Source of the DNA: Gallionella sp.
GTDB lineage: Bacteria > Pseudomonadota > Gammaproteobacteria > Burkholderiales > Gallionellaceae
Direction of reading: 5' to 3'
Assembly: GCA_013044075.1 (NCBI GenBank)
Contig: JABEVG010000005.1
Location: 479 to 64,478, forward strand
DNA length: 64,000 nt
Position 1 is the first letter of the stretch, and every line of letters starts with the position of its first letter. The notes below the pieces were generated by a model. The model was not told where the DNA came from, did no database searches, and saw nothing but the letters and a program-made list of their open reading frames with translations. The position numbers and the translations under genes were made by a program. Below, piece by piece: positions 17,575-27,615 of this stretch.

Positions 17575-18867
17575 TCACCGCCACATCTTAACCGACACCC
17601 CGGCTCCGGGCAACCAGAGACGCAGCGCGGGCGTGGTGATTACGGTACTGAAAATGGCCATCAGCACCAGCATGGTGAACACGTTTTGCGAGATCACGCC
17701 GATGTCGAAACCGACGTTGATGATGATGAGTTCCATCAGTGCGCGCGTGTTCATCATGATGCCGATTATTTTCGATTCCTGACGGTTCATGCCGGACCAG
17801 CGCGCCGCCAGATAACAGCCGCCTAATTTCCCTATGGTGGCGAGCGTGATCAACAGTGCGCACCAGCCCCACAACGCCGCGCTATCCAATGCCCCGACGT
17901 TGGTGCGCAACCCCGTGTAAGTGAAGAAAATCGGCAGGAAGAACACGCTGACGAATTCGCCGACCTTGTTGCGCCACGCACTCACCACCTCATGCCGGTC
18001 ATGCAGCAACACGCCCATCATGAAGCCGCCGAAGATGGCGAAGATGCCGATCTTGTAGGTCGCCATCGACGACAGGAAAATGGTGGCGATCAGCAGCCCG
18101 AGCAGGTTGTCGGAGAAACGGTGTTCGGTCACCACCGAGTGTTTCACCGCGCGATGCAAGACCGGGCGCACCAGCAGCCAACTGACCGCGATATATCCAG
18201 CCAACAAGCCCAGCGTCCGGGCAAAACCGGCCAGCGAAAAATCCGACAGCGAGACCGCCGTCACCACCGCCAGCAGCAGCCAGCCCACCACATCGGTGAT
18301 CGCCGCGACACTGATGCAGATCACGCCTAGCCGGGTGCGGGTCATGTTGAATTCCATCATGATGCGACCGAGGATGGGCAACGCGGTGATGGAGAACGCG
18401 GTCGCCACGAACAGGCCCGATGCCAGGCGATTCGCCTGCGGCGACAGCAACGGCGCGGTGTAGTAACCGAAGGCAAAACCGAGCGCGAACGGCAGCACGA
18501 TTCCGGCAGCCGCGATGCGCAGCACGGCCTTGCGATTGTCTTTTGCGGTGAGATGCGAGAAGTCGAATTCCAGACCGATCTGAAACATCAGCAGCACCAG
18601 GCCGATCTGACTCAGGATGAACATGGGTTGCGGCGAGCTGGACTTGAACACGTACTGGAACATATCGGGTGCCAACAAACCGAACAGCGACGGCCCGAGC
18701 AGGATGCCGATGACGATCTCGCCCACCGCACGCGATTGCGAGACACGCGTGGCGATCTCGCCGCCGACGCGAGCCATGATGACGATGACGACCAGTTGCA
18801 GCAGGGTGAAGAACAGCAGGGCCTCGTTCTGATGCACGGCTGACCGGGTCAGGGTCGCGCCGGTCAC
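17575..18867 (-). CDS. CPA2-family cation:proton antiporter (Kef/NapA-like membrane domain, no KTN domain)
   Basis: LLFFTLLQLVVIVIMARVGGEIATRVSQSRAVGEIVIGILLGPSLFG...MFQIGLEFDF. I place the start at the GTG at 18867, which forms a GTGA overlap with the stop of the MMPL gene. The 110-codon N-terminal extension in the ORF track overlaps that gene and is rejected. Confidence 0.8.
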   Translation of the reverse strand: MTGATLTRSAVHQNEALLFFTLLQLVVIVIMARVGGEIATRVSQSRAVGEIVIGILLGPSLFGLLAPDMFQYVFKSSSPQPMFILSQIGLVLLMFQIGLEFDFSHLTAKDNRKAVLRIAAAGIVLPFALGFAFGYYTAPLLSPQANRLASGLFVATAFSITALPILGRIMMEFNMTRTRLGVICISVAAITDVVGWLLLAVVTAVSLSDFSLAGFARTLGLLAGYIAVSWLLVRPVLHRAVKHSVVTEHRFSDNLLGLLIATIFLSSMATYKIGIFAIFGGFMMGVLLHDRHEVVSAWRNKVGEFVSVFFLPIFFTYTGLRTNVGALDSAALWGWCALLITLATIGKLGGCYLAARWSGMNRQESKIIGIMMNTRALMELIIINVGFDIGVISQNVFTMLVLMAIFSTVITTPALRLWLPGAGVSVKMWR

Positions 18868-21185
18868 GCATCCCTCCCGTCGATCAGGATGGCGGAAAAG
18901 ATCAGGCTCAGCACCGCACCGGCGGCCACGGTCGAGCCGAGGGCGTTCAGCACCGGCGACTGCGAGAACGACAGCAGACCGAAACCCAGCACGGTCGAGG
19001 CATTGGCGAACAGCAGCGAAGTGACGGTGCGTTCGCGGTCTTGCGGCGAGGCGCAGCGACGGTCGAAGAACAGCGCGTAGTTGGAGCCGACCGCCACCAC
19101 CAGCAGCAAGCCGATGAGATGGAAGATCGACAGCGCGTGTCCGGTAAGCATCAAACCGGCGGTTATGATGATGACTGCGGCGACCAAAGGCAGGCACACC
19201 TCGAACACGCGCCGCACCGAACGCAGACTGACGAACAACAGCGCGACGATGGCCAACGCGCCAAACAGCGCGTAGCGGCTGGCTTCGCGGCGATAGTCGT
19301 GGAACATCTGCTCGGATTCGCGCTTCATGTCGAGCAGGATGAACGGGCTCCGGGTCGCGCCACGGATGTCATGCCCGATGCGCTCGGCATCGCGCACACC
19401 GCGCAACGGCAGCATCAACACCCACCCCGAGCCGCGTTGCAGCAGGGACGAATCCAGTCTCAAGCCGAGGTTGCCGCCTTGCAACGCGGCGCGATCCAGC
19501 GGTGCTTGCTGTTTCGCCAGCGCGATCTGTTGCGGGAAAGTCGCGAACGTCGTGCTGCGGAACGGCAGATCGCGCAACACCTGCTCCAGATTCTCGCGCG
19601 CGCTGGCGGCATCCGGCAAAGCCGCCAGACGCGCCAACTGCGCACGGTGACTGGGCAACAGCGGCACATCAAAGCCATCCAGCGCGCCCGCCTGCACCTG
19701 TCCGCGCAGGATGACGGCGATCTCCTCGCCCTGCCGCAACACGCTCTCCTGATCGTCCGCATGGAGTATCAGCATGTAGCGCACGTCCGGCACGCCCATG
19801 TCGTTGCGCAGTTGCGCATCCAGCAGCTGCGACTCCCTGGCCAGCGGACTCATGCTTCCCAGACTGTCGTTCCACAATCCGTCGCGCTTGACGAACAACA
19901 GCGATAACGCGGCCAAGACCAGCACCGCCAGGGCGAGGCGCGCACGCGGGGCATGCCGCACCACGGACATCACCGCCGCGCCCAGTCGGGGCGAGGCATG
20001 TACCGAGAATCCGGCGGGCAACAGATTCGGCAGCACCCAGCGCGTGGTGCCCACCGCCGCCACCAATCCGGCGATGGAGAACAAACCGAGTTGCGCCAGC
20101 CCGGTAAAGCCTGAGAACAGCATCGCGCTGAATCCGCAGATCGAGGTCAGCACACCCAGCCGCAGGGTCGGCCAGATGCGCTGCAACGTATTTTGCGGTG
20201 TGCCGTGCTGTTCGATCTGGGTGAATAGGTAGATGGCGTAGTCCACGCCCTCGCCGATCAGCGTGACACCGAAGCCGAGCGTAAGACCGTGTACCGAACC
20301 GAAACCCACACTCACCGCAGCCACCCCCGCCAGCGCGCCGCTCGCTACCGGCAACAGTCCCAGTGCCAGCACACGCGGTGAACGGTACAGCAGCAGCAAC
20401 ATGCTCGCCACCAGCAGCGTGGCGATGAGCGAAAGCCGCCAGGCATCGTCGCGTATGGAGGCGCGCGACTGCACCGCGAACACGCCGGGACCGGTCATCT
20501 GGAGGCGCGCGCCGCTTACCTGCAGGGGTTGCGCCGCCGCATCGAAGGCGGTCTGGATATGTTGCATGACGCGCTCTTGCGCGTCGATGTCGGAACCGGA
20601 GTCCCGGGTCTGCACCAGCAGCATGGCACGCGTACCGTCGCGCGAGAACCACACCTCGTCGCGCATCGCGGGATGCGCCTGTCCTTCCATTTGATCCAGC
20701 AGATGGAGCAATTCACCGCTGGGGTCGTCGGGCAACACGCGCTGCGCCAGAGCACTCATCGGGGTGCCCAGCAGATCGAGATAGGCGGAGAGGCTGTCGT
20801 GCAGACCCTGTGCGGTGAAACGCTGCGGCGTGACCGCATCGCTCAACACGTAGCGGTTGCGCCACAACAACCCGAAATCTTTTTCCAATCCGACGCGCTC
20901 GCCGTTGTTGACCGCCACCAGTTCGCTGTCGCCACGCAATCGTGCCGCCATGGCTTTGCTGATCCGCGCCAGCACAGGAGCGGGCGCGCCCTCCACGCCC
21001 ACCAGGATCAGGCGTGACACCACCCCGTCGCGCAATTGTTCGACCAGAAGTTGCTGTGTCGGTGTCGGCGAGCGCGGCAGGAAGGCCGACATGTCGGTGT
21101 TGAAAACAGAGCGGCTGATGATGAACAGGCACAGGGCAAGGAGTGCCAGCCAAACACCCAATGTGCCGTGGCGTTTGCAGCTCAC
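18864..21185 (-). CDS. MMPL/RND-superfamily lipid exporter (aryl-polyene cluster type)
   Basis: 773 aa with two 6-TM bundles and two periplasmic domains. GTG start overlaps the LolA-like stop (GTGA). Confidence 0.85.
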   Translation of the reverse strand: MSCKRHGTLGVWLALLALCLFIISRSVFNTDMSAFLPRSPTPTQQLLVEQLRDGVVSRLILVGVEGAPAPVLARISKAMAARLRGDSELVAVNNGERVGLEKDFGLLWRNRYVLSDAVTPQRFTAQGLHDSLSAYLDLLGTPMSALAQRVLPDDPSGELLHLLDQMEGQAHPAMRDEVWFSRDGTRAMLLVQTRDSGSDIDAQERVMQHIQTAFDAAAQPLQVSGARLQMTGPGVFAVQSRASIRDDAWRLSLIATLLVASMLLLLYRSPRVLALGLLPVASGALAGVAAVSVGFGSVHGLTLGFGVTLIGEGVDYAIYLFTQIEQHGTPQNTLQRIWPTLRLGVLTSICGFSAMLFSGFTGLAQLGLFSIAGLVAAVGTTRWVLPNLLPAGFSVHASPRLGAAVMSVVRHAPRARLALAVLVLAALSLLFVKRDGLWNDSLGSMSPLARESQLLDAQLRNDMGVPDVRYMLILHADDQESVLRQGEEIAVILRGQVQAGALDGFDVPLLPSHRAQLARLAALPDAASARENLEQVLRDLPFRSTTFATFPQQIALAKQQAPLDRAALQGGNLGLRLDSSLLQRGSGWVLMLPLRGVRDAERIGHDIRGATRSPFILLDMKRESEQMFHDYRREASRYALFGALAIVALLFVSLRSVRRVFEVCLPLVAAVIIITAGLMLTGHALSIFHLIGLLLVVAVGSNYALFFDRRCASPQDRERTVTSLLFANASTVLGFGLLSFSQSPVLNALGSTVAAGAVLSLIFSAILIDGRDA

Positions 21186-21766
21186 GGCGCATCCTCCAGC
21201 ACGTCCATCGACGCGTGGTCGCCGTTGGATTCAAACGTCTCGATGCTATCCACCCGGTCGCCGCGCCCGCTGATGCGTATCTCGCGCATTACCGCGCGCG
21301 TCCCTGAATCGAGTGGCAGCAAGCGCAGCTTCCAGCGCGCGGCATCGCCATCCAGCACGATCTTGTAGAAACGCTCCAACGTGGGCAGATCGCCCGCCAG
21401 GGTGGAACGTATGCTCTCGACGAACGCCCACACCGCCGGATACTCCTGCAACACCAGTGTGCGTTTGACGTTGCGCGCCGGAATGTCGATGGTGAGCACG
21501 CCCTGATCCAGCACCAGACTCTCCGCCTTGGGTTTGAGCGTGTGTTTCTCCAGATGGCCGGGGGATTGAAACAGCAGCGTGCCGGAAGATTCCAAAGGCC
21601 GGTTGAGCACGCTCAGAAATTTTCGCTCGGTGAACGTGGCTTTGGCTATTTTGACTTGGGCAAGGTCCTGCATCAGTTGTGTCGGCCCCCATGTCGTGGT
21701 CGTGGCCTCGGCCCGACAAAGTAGCGGCAGACATAACAGCAGGAAGATCAGGGTGCGCGGCATCAT
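21182..21766 (-). CDS. LolA-like outer-membrane lipid/lipoprotein carrier protein
   Basis: Signal peptide MMPRTLIFLLLCLPLLCRAEA. FTERKFLSVLNRPLESSGTLLFQSPGHLEKH...WKLRLLP. ATGA overlap with the upstream gene. Confidence 0.8.
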   Translation of the reverse strand: MMPRTLIFLLLCLPLLCRAEATTTTWGPTQLMQDLAQVKIAKATFTERKFLSVLNRPLESSGTLLFQSPGHLEKHTLKPKAESLVLDQGVLTIDIPARNVKRTLVLQEYPAVWAFVESIRSTLAGDLPTLERFYKIVLDGDAARWKLRLLPLDSGTRAVMREIRISGRGDRVDSIETFESNGDHASMDVLEDAP

Positions 21767-22683
21767 TTCCAGAAATCGTAAAAGTTGAACCAATTGTACG
21801 GGGCATTGCGGCAATGCCGCTCGATTCCGGCCACGTAACGCTGCAACGCCTGGCGTAACACCTCGTCGCGCGGCATGCCGTGCTGCATGCCCATGTCGGC
21901 GAGCAACTCGAAATACAGCTCGTAGCGATTGCCGCCGCGATACACGCCCACCATCAGCAACACCGGGCTCTGCAGCATGTAAGCCATGCGCAAAGGGCCT
22001 GCGGGGAACTGCGCCGGTTCACCCAAAAAATCGCAGGTCACGCTGGCTCCGCCTTGCTCCAATCCCCGGTCGGCGAGGATGCCGATGAACGCCCCGCGCA
22101 GGAGAGCCTGTTCCACTTTGAGCATGGAATCCACCTTGCCCAGTGCGATCACCCGTTGTGCCAGATCCGGGTTGATGGCTTTGAGCACGGCGTTGAGCTG
22201 TTGCGCGTTCTCCTCATACATCACCATGCTCGCGGGTGTCCCTTGTATTTCGTGGGCGTAAGCGCGCGTGACTTCAAAACTGCCCAGATGCGCGCCGAAC
22301 AGGAGACAACCCCGTTTGCTGTCGATTACCGCCTGCGCCGCCTCGTCCAAGTGGGTGCAGACATCGAATTGATCGAAGCGGCCGTTGAGCAAAAACACCC
22401 GGTCCAATATCGTCGCGGCGAAGGTGTGGATATGTCGGAGGCCATCGCCGATACGCGGTTCGCGCCCCAGCACTTTGCGCAGATAGTGTTTGGAGGCAGC
22501 GCGCGCTTCGCCCGCAAACACAAAGAAGTAAAGGCAGATTGGATACAGGAACAGGCGCGCGGTGCGCCGCCCCAGCGTGAGCGCGACCCAGACGATGAAG
22601 CGCAGGGCCGCCATGTTGCTGCGTTCTGGCCTGTCCACCCATCCCGGTGCGGCGGGTTTATCGGCCGGATCAGGTTGCCGCAC
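21763..22683 (-). CDS. LpxL/HtrB-like (lipid A biosynthesis-type) acyltransferase of the pigment cluster
   Basis: 306 aa with an N-terminal TM segment. CLLFGAHLGSFEV...GILADRG...FLGEPAQFPAGPLRMA is the Lip_A_acyltrans-like layout. Confidence 0.7.
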   Translation of the reverse strand: MRQPDPADKPAAPGWVDRPERSNMAALRFIVWVALTLGRRTARLFLYPICLYFFVFAGEARAASKHYLRKVLGREPRIGDGLRHIHTFAATILDRVFLLNGRFDQFDVCTHLDEAAQAVIDSKRGCLLFGAHLGSFEVTRAYAHEIQGTPASMVMYEENAQQLNAVLKAINPDLAQRVIALGKVDSMLKVEQALLRGAFIGILADRGLEQGGASVTCDFLGEPAQFPAGPLRMAYMLQSPVLLMVGVYRGGNRYELYFELLADMGMQHGMPRDEVLRQALQRYVAGIERHCRNAPYNWFNFYDFWK

Positions 22684-22966
22684 TGACGACCCCCGACAGC
22701 ACCCTGGTGGCAGCGACCGTACATTGAAAATCGATCGCGCCCGATGCCAGATACGAATACGCGATGACGATGCGATCCCCGGGGCGCGCGGGATGATGGA
22801 ACTTGGCCGAACTCACCTTGCATGACACAAAACGCCTGCCGGTCGCCGCCTCGATCGAACGCAACACTTCCGCCAGCAGCAAGGCACCGGGGATGATGGG
22901 GTTGCCCGGAAAATGTCCGCTGCCGGTGGGATGGTCCGCTGCCAGGGTGAAAGTCAATTGCTTCAT
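22670..22966 (-). CDS. Hotdog-fold 3-hydroxyacyl-ACP dehydratase (FabZ/FabA-like)
   Basis: 98 aa. HPTGSGHFPGNPIIPGALLLAEVL catalytic His region. Confidence 0.75.
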   Translation of the reverse strand: MKQLTFTLAADHPTGSGHFPGNPIIPGALLLAEVLRSIEAATGRRFVSCKVSSAKFHHPARPGDRIVIAYSYLASGAIDFQCTVAATRVLSGVVSAAT

Positions 22967-24297
22967 TTCTGTGCGCAGCGTTCCAGCAGTTGTGTGAGTG
23001 CTGCACGGGTCAACTTTCCGCTGCTGTCGCGCGGCAGTTCCGCCACAAAATACAGGGGACGGGGCAGGAACACCGCATCCACGCTATGGCGCAACGCGCC
23101 CAGAATATCTTCACCGCGCAGCCCGGGCGCGACCACGAAAGCCAGCGGGCGTTTCGTTGCACCGTCGCTATCGTCCGGCATGAAGAACACCCCGTCCCGC
23201 ACCCCGGGTATCTCGTTCAGATGGTGGTTGAGGCTGGACAGAGAGGAGCGTTTGCCCGCGATATTCACCATGTCCGCCGAGCGTCCGTGCAGGGTGAATG
23301 TGCCATCCGGATTGCCTGCGATCACATCGCTCAACGGGGCTTCGATCTCGACGTGACCGCCGACCATGCGGCTGCCGTTCTCATCCTGCACCAGCCCGAC
23401 CCCGGCCAATAAATGCCAGGCCGCGCCGCTCGTGGTGCGGCGGCTCGCTACCATGCCCGCCTCGGTGTAGCCGTATATCTCGTACAGCGGTGCGCCGAAA
23501 CGCGCCTCCGCTTCGCTCGCCAGTTGCGGCGCGAGCGGTGCAGTGGCACAGAGCACGAACGCCACGGCGGGAAGGTGCCTGGACTCGGACAGCAATGAAC
23601 GCAGGTGTATCGGCGTGGTGACCAGACAACGCAGTTGCGGCAGGGCGGCCAGCTGCGCGCAGATGTCGGCAGGATAGAACGGTCGTTCCGCGACCAGCAC
23701 CAGCCCGTTCTGCATGGCGATCAGCATGCTCGATTCCAGACCGTACATGTGTTGCGCCGGCACCGTGCCCAGCACCGCCATGCCGGAGTTGCGTGTGATG
23801 TTCAGGCTCGCGGCCTCCGCCACCGCGCCCTTGCACAGACTGCCCCATGACTTCGGATGGGCGACCGGGTGTCCGGTGGAACCGGAGGTGAATACCAGTG
23901 CTGCGCGCTGCTTGGCCGGTATCGCGGGAACGCTCGGCATGGCGGCATCATCCTTGACCGGCACTTGCGGATACTGCATCACCTCGATATCCGGGAGCTG
24001 CACCTCGCTATCGGCGAGACAATACATGTCGGGGAAACTTTGCCCCAATCGCGCGACGAAACTGGGCGTGTAATTGGGGGGCAACAAACTGGTTTGCCCG
24101 CGTAACAATGCCGCAGAAAAACCGACCGCGAAACGATAACGGTCGGCGCACAGATTCAGGATATGGTGACGCTCCGGCAGGATTTGCGCCAGGCTTTCCA
24201 CCTCGCGCAAAAACTGCGCGACACTGACGGGCAAGCCCGCGCGATACGCGAACACCTGGTCGCGTTTGCTGTGACTGATAAGCGGGAAAGCTGCCAT
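22963..24297 (-). CDS. AMP-dependent synthetase/ligase (aryl-acid adenylating, acyl-ACP synthetase-like)
   Basis: 444 aa. ALVFTSGSTGHPVAHPKSW (A3-type motif), EIYGYTEAG, and SSGKLTRAAL at the C-terminus. Confidence 0.85.
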   Translation of the reverse strand: MAAFPLISHSKRDQVFAYRAGLPVSVAQFLREVESLAQILPERHHILNLCADRYRFAVGFSAALLRGQTSLLPPNYTPSFVARLGQSFPDMYCLADSEVQLPDIEVMQYPQVPVKDDAAMPSVPAIPAKQRAALVFTSGSTGHPVAHPKSWGSLCKGAVAEAASLNITRNSGMAVLGTVPAQHMYGLESSMLIAMQNGLVLVAERPFYPADICAQLAALPQLRCLVTTPIHLRSLLSESRHLPAVAFVLCATAPLAPQLASEAEARFGAPLYEIYGYTEAGMVASRRTTSGAAWHLLAGVGLVQDENGSRMVGGHVEIEAPLSDVIAGNPDGTFTLHGRSADMVNIAGKRSSLSSLNHHLNEIPGVRDGVFFMPDDSDGATKRPLAFVVAPGLRGEDILGALRHSVDAVFLPRPLYFVAELPRDSSGKLTRAALTQLLERCAQK

Positions 24298-24307
24298 GAA
24301 CCGTGCC

Positions 24308-24967
24308 TTAGCGATTTTTATCCGTCTTCCTGGGCAGGGCGAAATCTCTGGAATAGACCTCGATCGCTTTCAGGATGGACGTTCTGCTTTGATCGGGAAA
24401 GCGCGCCGTCCGATAGCTATGTTCGCCGACAAACATGATCGCCAGCAACGGAACATCCAGCACATTGATGAACAGCGACCAGACGGCGACGGGTGCGAAC
24501 AGGTATAGCGACAACGAGGTAAGCACCTGCAACAGAAAGAACACGCACCATGCGATAGTCACCTGGCGCGTGTAGACGACGATCTCGGGTTGCAGGGGGC
24601 CGGTGATGTGACGCGCGATCTGCGAGATCAGCGGTTCGCGGTCGCGCAACAGAGTGCGCCCGAACAGCCACAGCAGGGACAGATTGAGCGTGGCATGCGA
24701 CAGCCCGTTCACCGCCAACAGCCCCACGCGCCCATGATTTCCGCTCACGACGACGTAACTCAACGCCGCCAACACCAACGCGACCACCGGCCACCAGATT
24801 TTTTCCAGCGCGCTGAAGATCATCCAGGTCACCGCCATCAGCAAAGGCGCAAACACCCACAACAGACGTGACACCTCCACATTTTCCTTCAGGATGTATG
24901 TGTGCAACAGGATGGGATAGGCGATGAACACCAGCACGACCAGCCCTTTGCCCAGATTTCCCAGCAT
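24308..24967 (-). CDS. Integral membrane protein of unknown function (pigment-cluster associated)
   Basis: About 219 aa from the ATG at 24967 (MLGNLGKGLVVLVFIAYPILLH). About 6 TM segments and no recognised catalytic motif. Confidence 0.55.
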   Translation of the reverse strand: MLGNLGKGLVVLVFIAYPILLHTYILKENVEVSRLLWVFAPLLMAVTWMIFSALEKIWWPVVALVLAALSYVVVSGNHGRVGLLAVNGLSHATLNLSLLWLFGRTLLRDREPLISQIARHITGPLQPEIVVYTRQVTIAWCVFFLLQVLTSLSLYLFAPVAVWSLFINVLDVPLLAIMFVGEHSYRTARFPDQSRTSILKAIEVYSRDFALPRKTDKNR

Positions 24968-25284
24968 GTCAGCGACTCCGCTTGCTCGGACCGTGGTGAT
25001 CCAGAAAAACCGTCCGGTGACCGTGCACACGGGCGCATCCCCTGTTGCCGGAGGGGTGCTGCGGAGGGTGGTTCAACGTTAGGTAGGACACGATAATTTC
25101 CAATGGCATGTGCATATACTGAAAGCGCGGTGACTGTTTGCTAACGGCGTGTTCGTAACGGATTTCAAGCCGGCATTCTAACCGCATTCATCTGCAACCG
25201 TCTGGCTTGTCGGCCTCCGCGACCGCGTCTGGCCGCGAAATCAGTTACCATCCGCAACCCATCGATAGCCATAGACACGCCTCC

Positions 25285-26055
25285 ATGCCCACGCCCGACC
25301 ATGAAGCGCAAAACGAGATCGTCCATGCCCCGCATCCGCCGCTGACCGAGTACTACCCACGCGAAGCAGACCGCCGCGACTGGGTCGGCGCACAATTCGA
25401 CCAGACCGCCCCCGACTATGACCGGATGGAAACCATATTGGGAATCGGCACGGGCTCGTCGTACCGCCGCAGGACGCTGCTGCTGGCGGGACTGAAGCCG
25501 GGCATGCGAGTGCTGGATGTCGGCATGGGTACCGGGCTGGTGGCGCGCCATGCTGCCGACATCGTCGGCGATCCGAGGCTCGTCACCGGCGTCGATCCCA
25601 GCCCGGGCATGATACAAAGTGCCAAACTCCCTGCGGGTGTGACGGTCATCGAGGGCAGGGCGGAACAGATCCCGTTGCCGGATGGCGGATTTGATTTCCT
25701 CAGCATGGGTTATGCACTACGGCATATATCCGATCTATCCGTCGCATTCACGGAGTTCCATCGCGTGCTCAAACCGGGCGGCAGAGTGTGCATCCTGGAG
25801 ATCACGCCGCCCAAGGGCAGGATCATGTCCGTGTTGCTCAAGGGGTACTTCAGGAACGTCGTTCCGGGGCTGGCCAGACTGGTCGCCAAAGACAAGCACA
25901 CTTCGCAGTTATGGCGTTATTACTGGGATACCATCGAGGCCTGTGCCGCGCCCGAGGCGGTGATGACCACGCTTGCGGCGGCCGGGTTCATCAATGTCCA
26001 ACGCCACATCGACATCGGCATCTGTTCGGTGTATCTGGCGGACAAGCCTGTCTGA
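25285..26055 (+). CDS. Class I SAM-dependent methyltransferase (UbiE/MenG-like)
   Basis: VLDVGMGTGLVARHAA (motif I), FDFLSMGYALRH, LKPGGRVCILE. ATG at 25285 preferred over the TTG at 25207. Confidence 0.8.
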   Translation: MPTPDHEAQNEIVHAPHPPLTEYYPREADRRDWVGAQFDQTAPDYDRMETILGIGTGSSYRRRTLLLAGLKPGMRVLDVGMGTGLVARHAADIVGDPRLVTGVDPSPGMIQSAKLPAGVTVIEGRAEQIPLPDGGFDFLSMGYALRHISDLSVAFTEFHRVLKPGGRVCILEITPPKGRIMSVLLKGYFRNVVPGLARLVAKDKHTSQLWRYYWDTIEACAAPEAVMTTLAAAGFINVQRHIDIGICSVYLADKPV

Positions 26056-26121
26056 CCCGCACCTTCAGACGTCACACGCGACTCGCCGCAAGGCGGGTGG
26101 CGATGGCCGACGGTGCTAGGC

Positions 26122-26385
26122 TTATTTGGCGCGATGTGTCTGGATGTGCTGGTTCAGACTGCGCAGTGAACTGAATATCTTGCTGTTGTCCTCGTCATCC
26201 GATTTCAGTTGCAAACCGTAGGTCTTGGAGACCGCCAGCGACAGTTCGAGTATGTCGATCGAGTCCAGTCCCAGACCTTCACCGTACAGTGGCGCATCCG
26301 GTTCGATCTCGTCCGCCGATACTTCAAGATTCAATGAGGTGACAATGAGTTGTGCCAATTCTTTTTCTGCCAAACTTGCTGCCAT
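26122..26385 (-). CDS. Acyl carrier protein
   Basis: 87 aa from the ATG at 26385, with AGGAAG 6 nt upstream. Phosphopantetheine site GLGLDSIDILELSLAV. Confidence 0.9.
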   Translation of the reverse strand: MAASLAEKELAQLIVTSLNLEVSADEIEPDAPLYGEGLGLDSIDILELSLAVSKTYGLQLKSDDEDNSKIFSSLRSLNQHIQTHRAK

Positions 26386-26455
26386 GATGCTTCCTATCGT
26401 TTCAATTTTCCGCGCGGATGTTACCACATCGGATACAGGGCTTATGTGACCCCGA

Positions 26456-27175
26456 TTAAATCATCGCGCCGTTGATAGAAATGATCTGGCCGGAAATATA
26501 GCCCGCTTTGTCGGATGCGAGGTAAGCCACCAATTCCGCCACTTCCTCGGGCTTGCCCGCCCGCCCCACCGGAACCAGGCGTTTGATGGCATCTTTGTCG
26601 AACACGTTTTCGGTCATCGCCGACTCGATGATGCCGGGCGCGACGGCATTGACGGTGATGCCGCGACTGGCGACTTCCAGAGCCAGCGATTTGGTCGCGC
26701 CGTGCAACCCCGCTTTGGCCGCCGCGTAATTGGTCTGCCCGCGATTGCCCGTGATGGCGGCAACGGAAGAGAGATTGATGATGCGCCCCCAACGCTTGCC
26801 TATCATCGGCAACAGCAAGGGTTGTGTCACGTTGAAAAAACCGTTCAGCGACACGTCTATCACGCTATGCCATTGCTGCGTGGTCATGCCCGGCAGCACG
26901 GCATCGTCGTGGATGCCCGCGTTGTTGACCAACACCTGTATCGCGCCTTGCGCCAGCACGATTTGCAGCGCGGCATGGGTCTGTTCGGCATTCGCCACAT
27001 CGAAAGCGATCGCCTGTGCGCTACCGCCCGCCGTGACGATCCCGGCGGCAATAGCTTCCGCGTTGTGCAAGCCACGGTGACCATGCACATAGACGTGATA
27101 GCCATCTGCCGCGAGTTTGCGGCAGATGGCCGCGCCCAGACTGCCGCTGCCGCCAGTCACCAGTGCGCGCTTCAT
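26456..27175 (-). CDS. 3-oxoacyl-ACP reductase (FabG-type SDR)
   Basis: MKRALVTGGSGSLGAAI, NNAGI, YAAAKAG catalytic YxxxK. Confidence 0.9.
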   Translation of the reverse strand: MKRALVTGGSGSLGAAICRKLAADGYHVYVHGHRGLHNAEAIAAGIVTAGGSAQAIAFDVANAEQTHAALQIVLAQGAIQVLVNNAGIHDDAVLPGMTTQQWHSVIDVSLNGFFNVTQPLLLPMIGKRWGRIINLSSVAAITGNRGQTNYAAAKAGLHGATKSLALEVASRGITVNAVAPGIIESAMTENVFDKDAIKRLVPVGRAGKPEEVAELVAYLASDKAGYISGQIISINGAMI

Positions 27176-27615
27176 GCCACCACCTTGTCCACGTCCAGCA
27201 CCACCGTCGCACGTCCGCTCATAATCTTTGCCGTACCCGCGTGGATGCTGAACTGGTAGATGACGCGCGCCGCATCTCCCATGATGCGTTCCGCTTCGAT
27301 AACGAGGTCATCGTTCAGATTATCCAGGCGCATCGTGTGACAGGTGACATCGCGTACCGCAGCCAGATAACCGGCGCGCGGTTTGCTGTCGAGCTGCGTA
27401 TCCCACGCGCCGTGTACCGCCATTACCTGCGCCGCATATTCGATCCCGCACAAGGCAGACAATTCGTCTCCGCTGCGCAGCGGATTATCGGTGTCGCGAT
27501 GCGAGCTGCTGACGCAACGGATGCGCTGCGTGTCGCGCTCCAGCACGCCGTCGAGCAGGCACATGCTGCCGGTGTGCGGGATGAGTTTGGCGATCATTTC
27601 CTGGTCCGCTAGCAT
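27172..27615 (-). CDS. Hotdog-fold dehydratase (aryl-polyene cluster type)
   Basis: 147 aa. LIPHTGSMCLLDGVL. ATGA overlap with the fabG-like start. Confidence 0.7.
   Translation of the reverse strand: MLADQEMIAKLIPHTGSMCLLDGVLERDTQRIRCVSSSHRDTDNPLRSGDELSALCGIEYAAQVMAVHGAWDTQLDSKPRAGYLAAVRDVTCHTMRLDNLNDDLVIEAERIMGDAARVIYQFSIHAGTAKIMSGRATVVLDVDKVVA

Noticed and set aside
18868-19197. N-terminal extensions of ORF-track entries: 17575-19197, 27609-28748, 54210-56054, 55814-56359, 45191-46294, 37280-38647, 5916-6563 and 60103-60687.
   Set aside because: The extensions overlap the well-supported upstream gene on the same strand and translate to Arg/Pro-rich junk. Internal starts give canonical N-termini, often with an SD sequence or an ATGA/GTGA overlap to the upstream stop.
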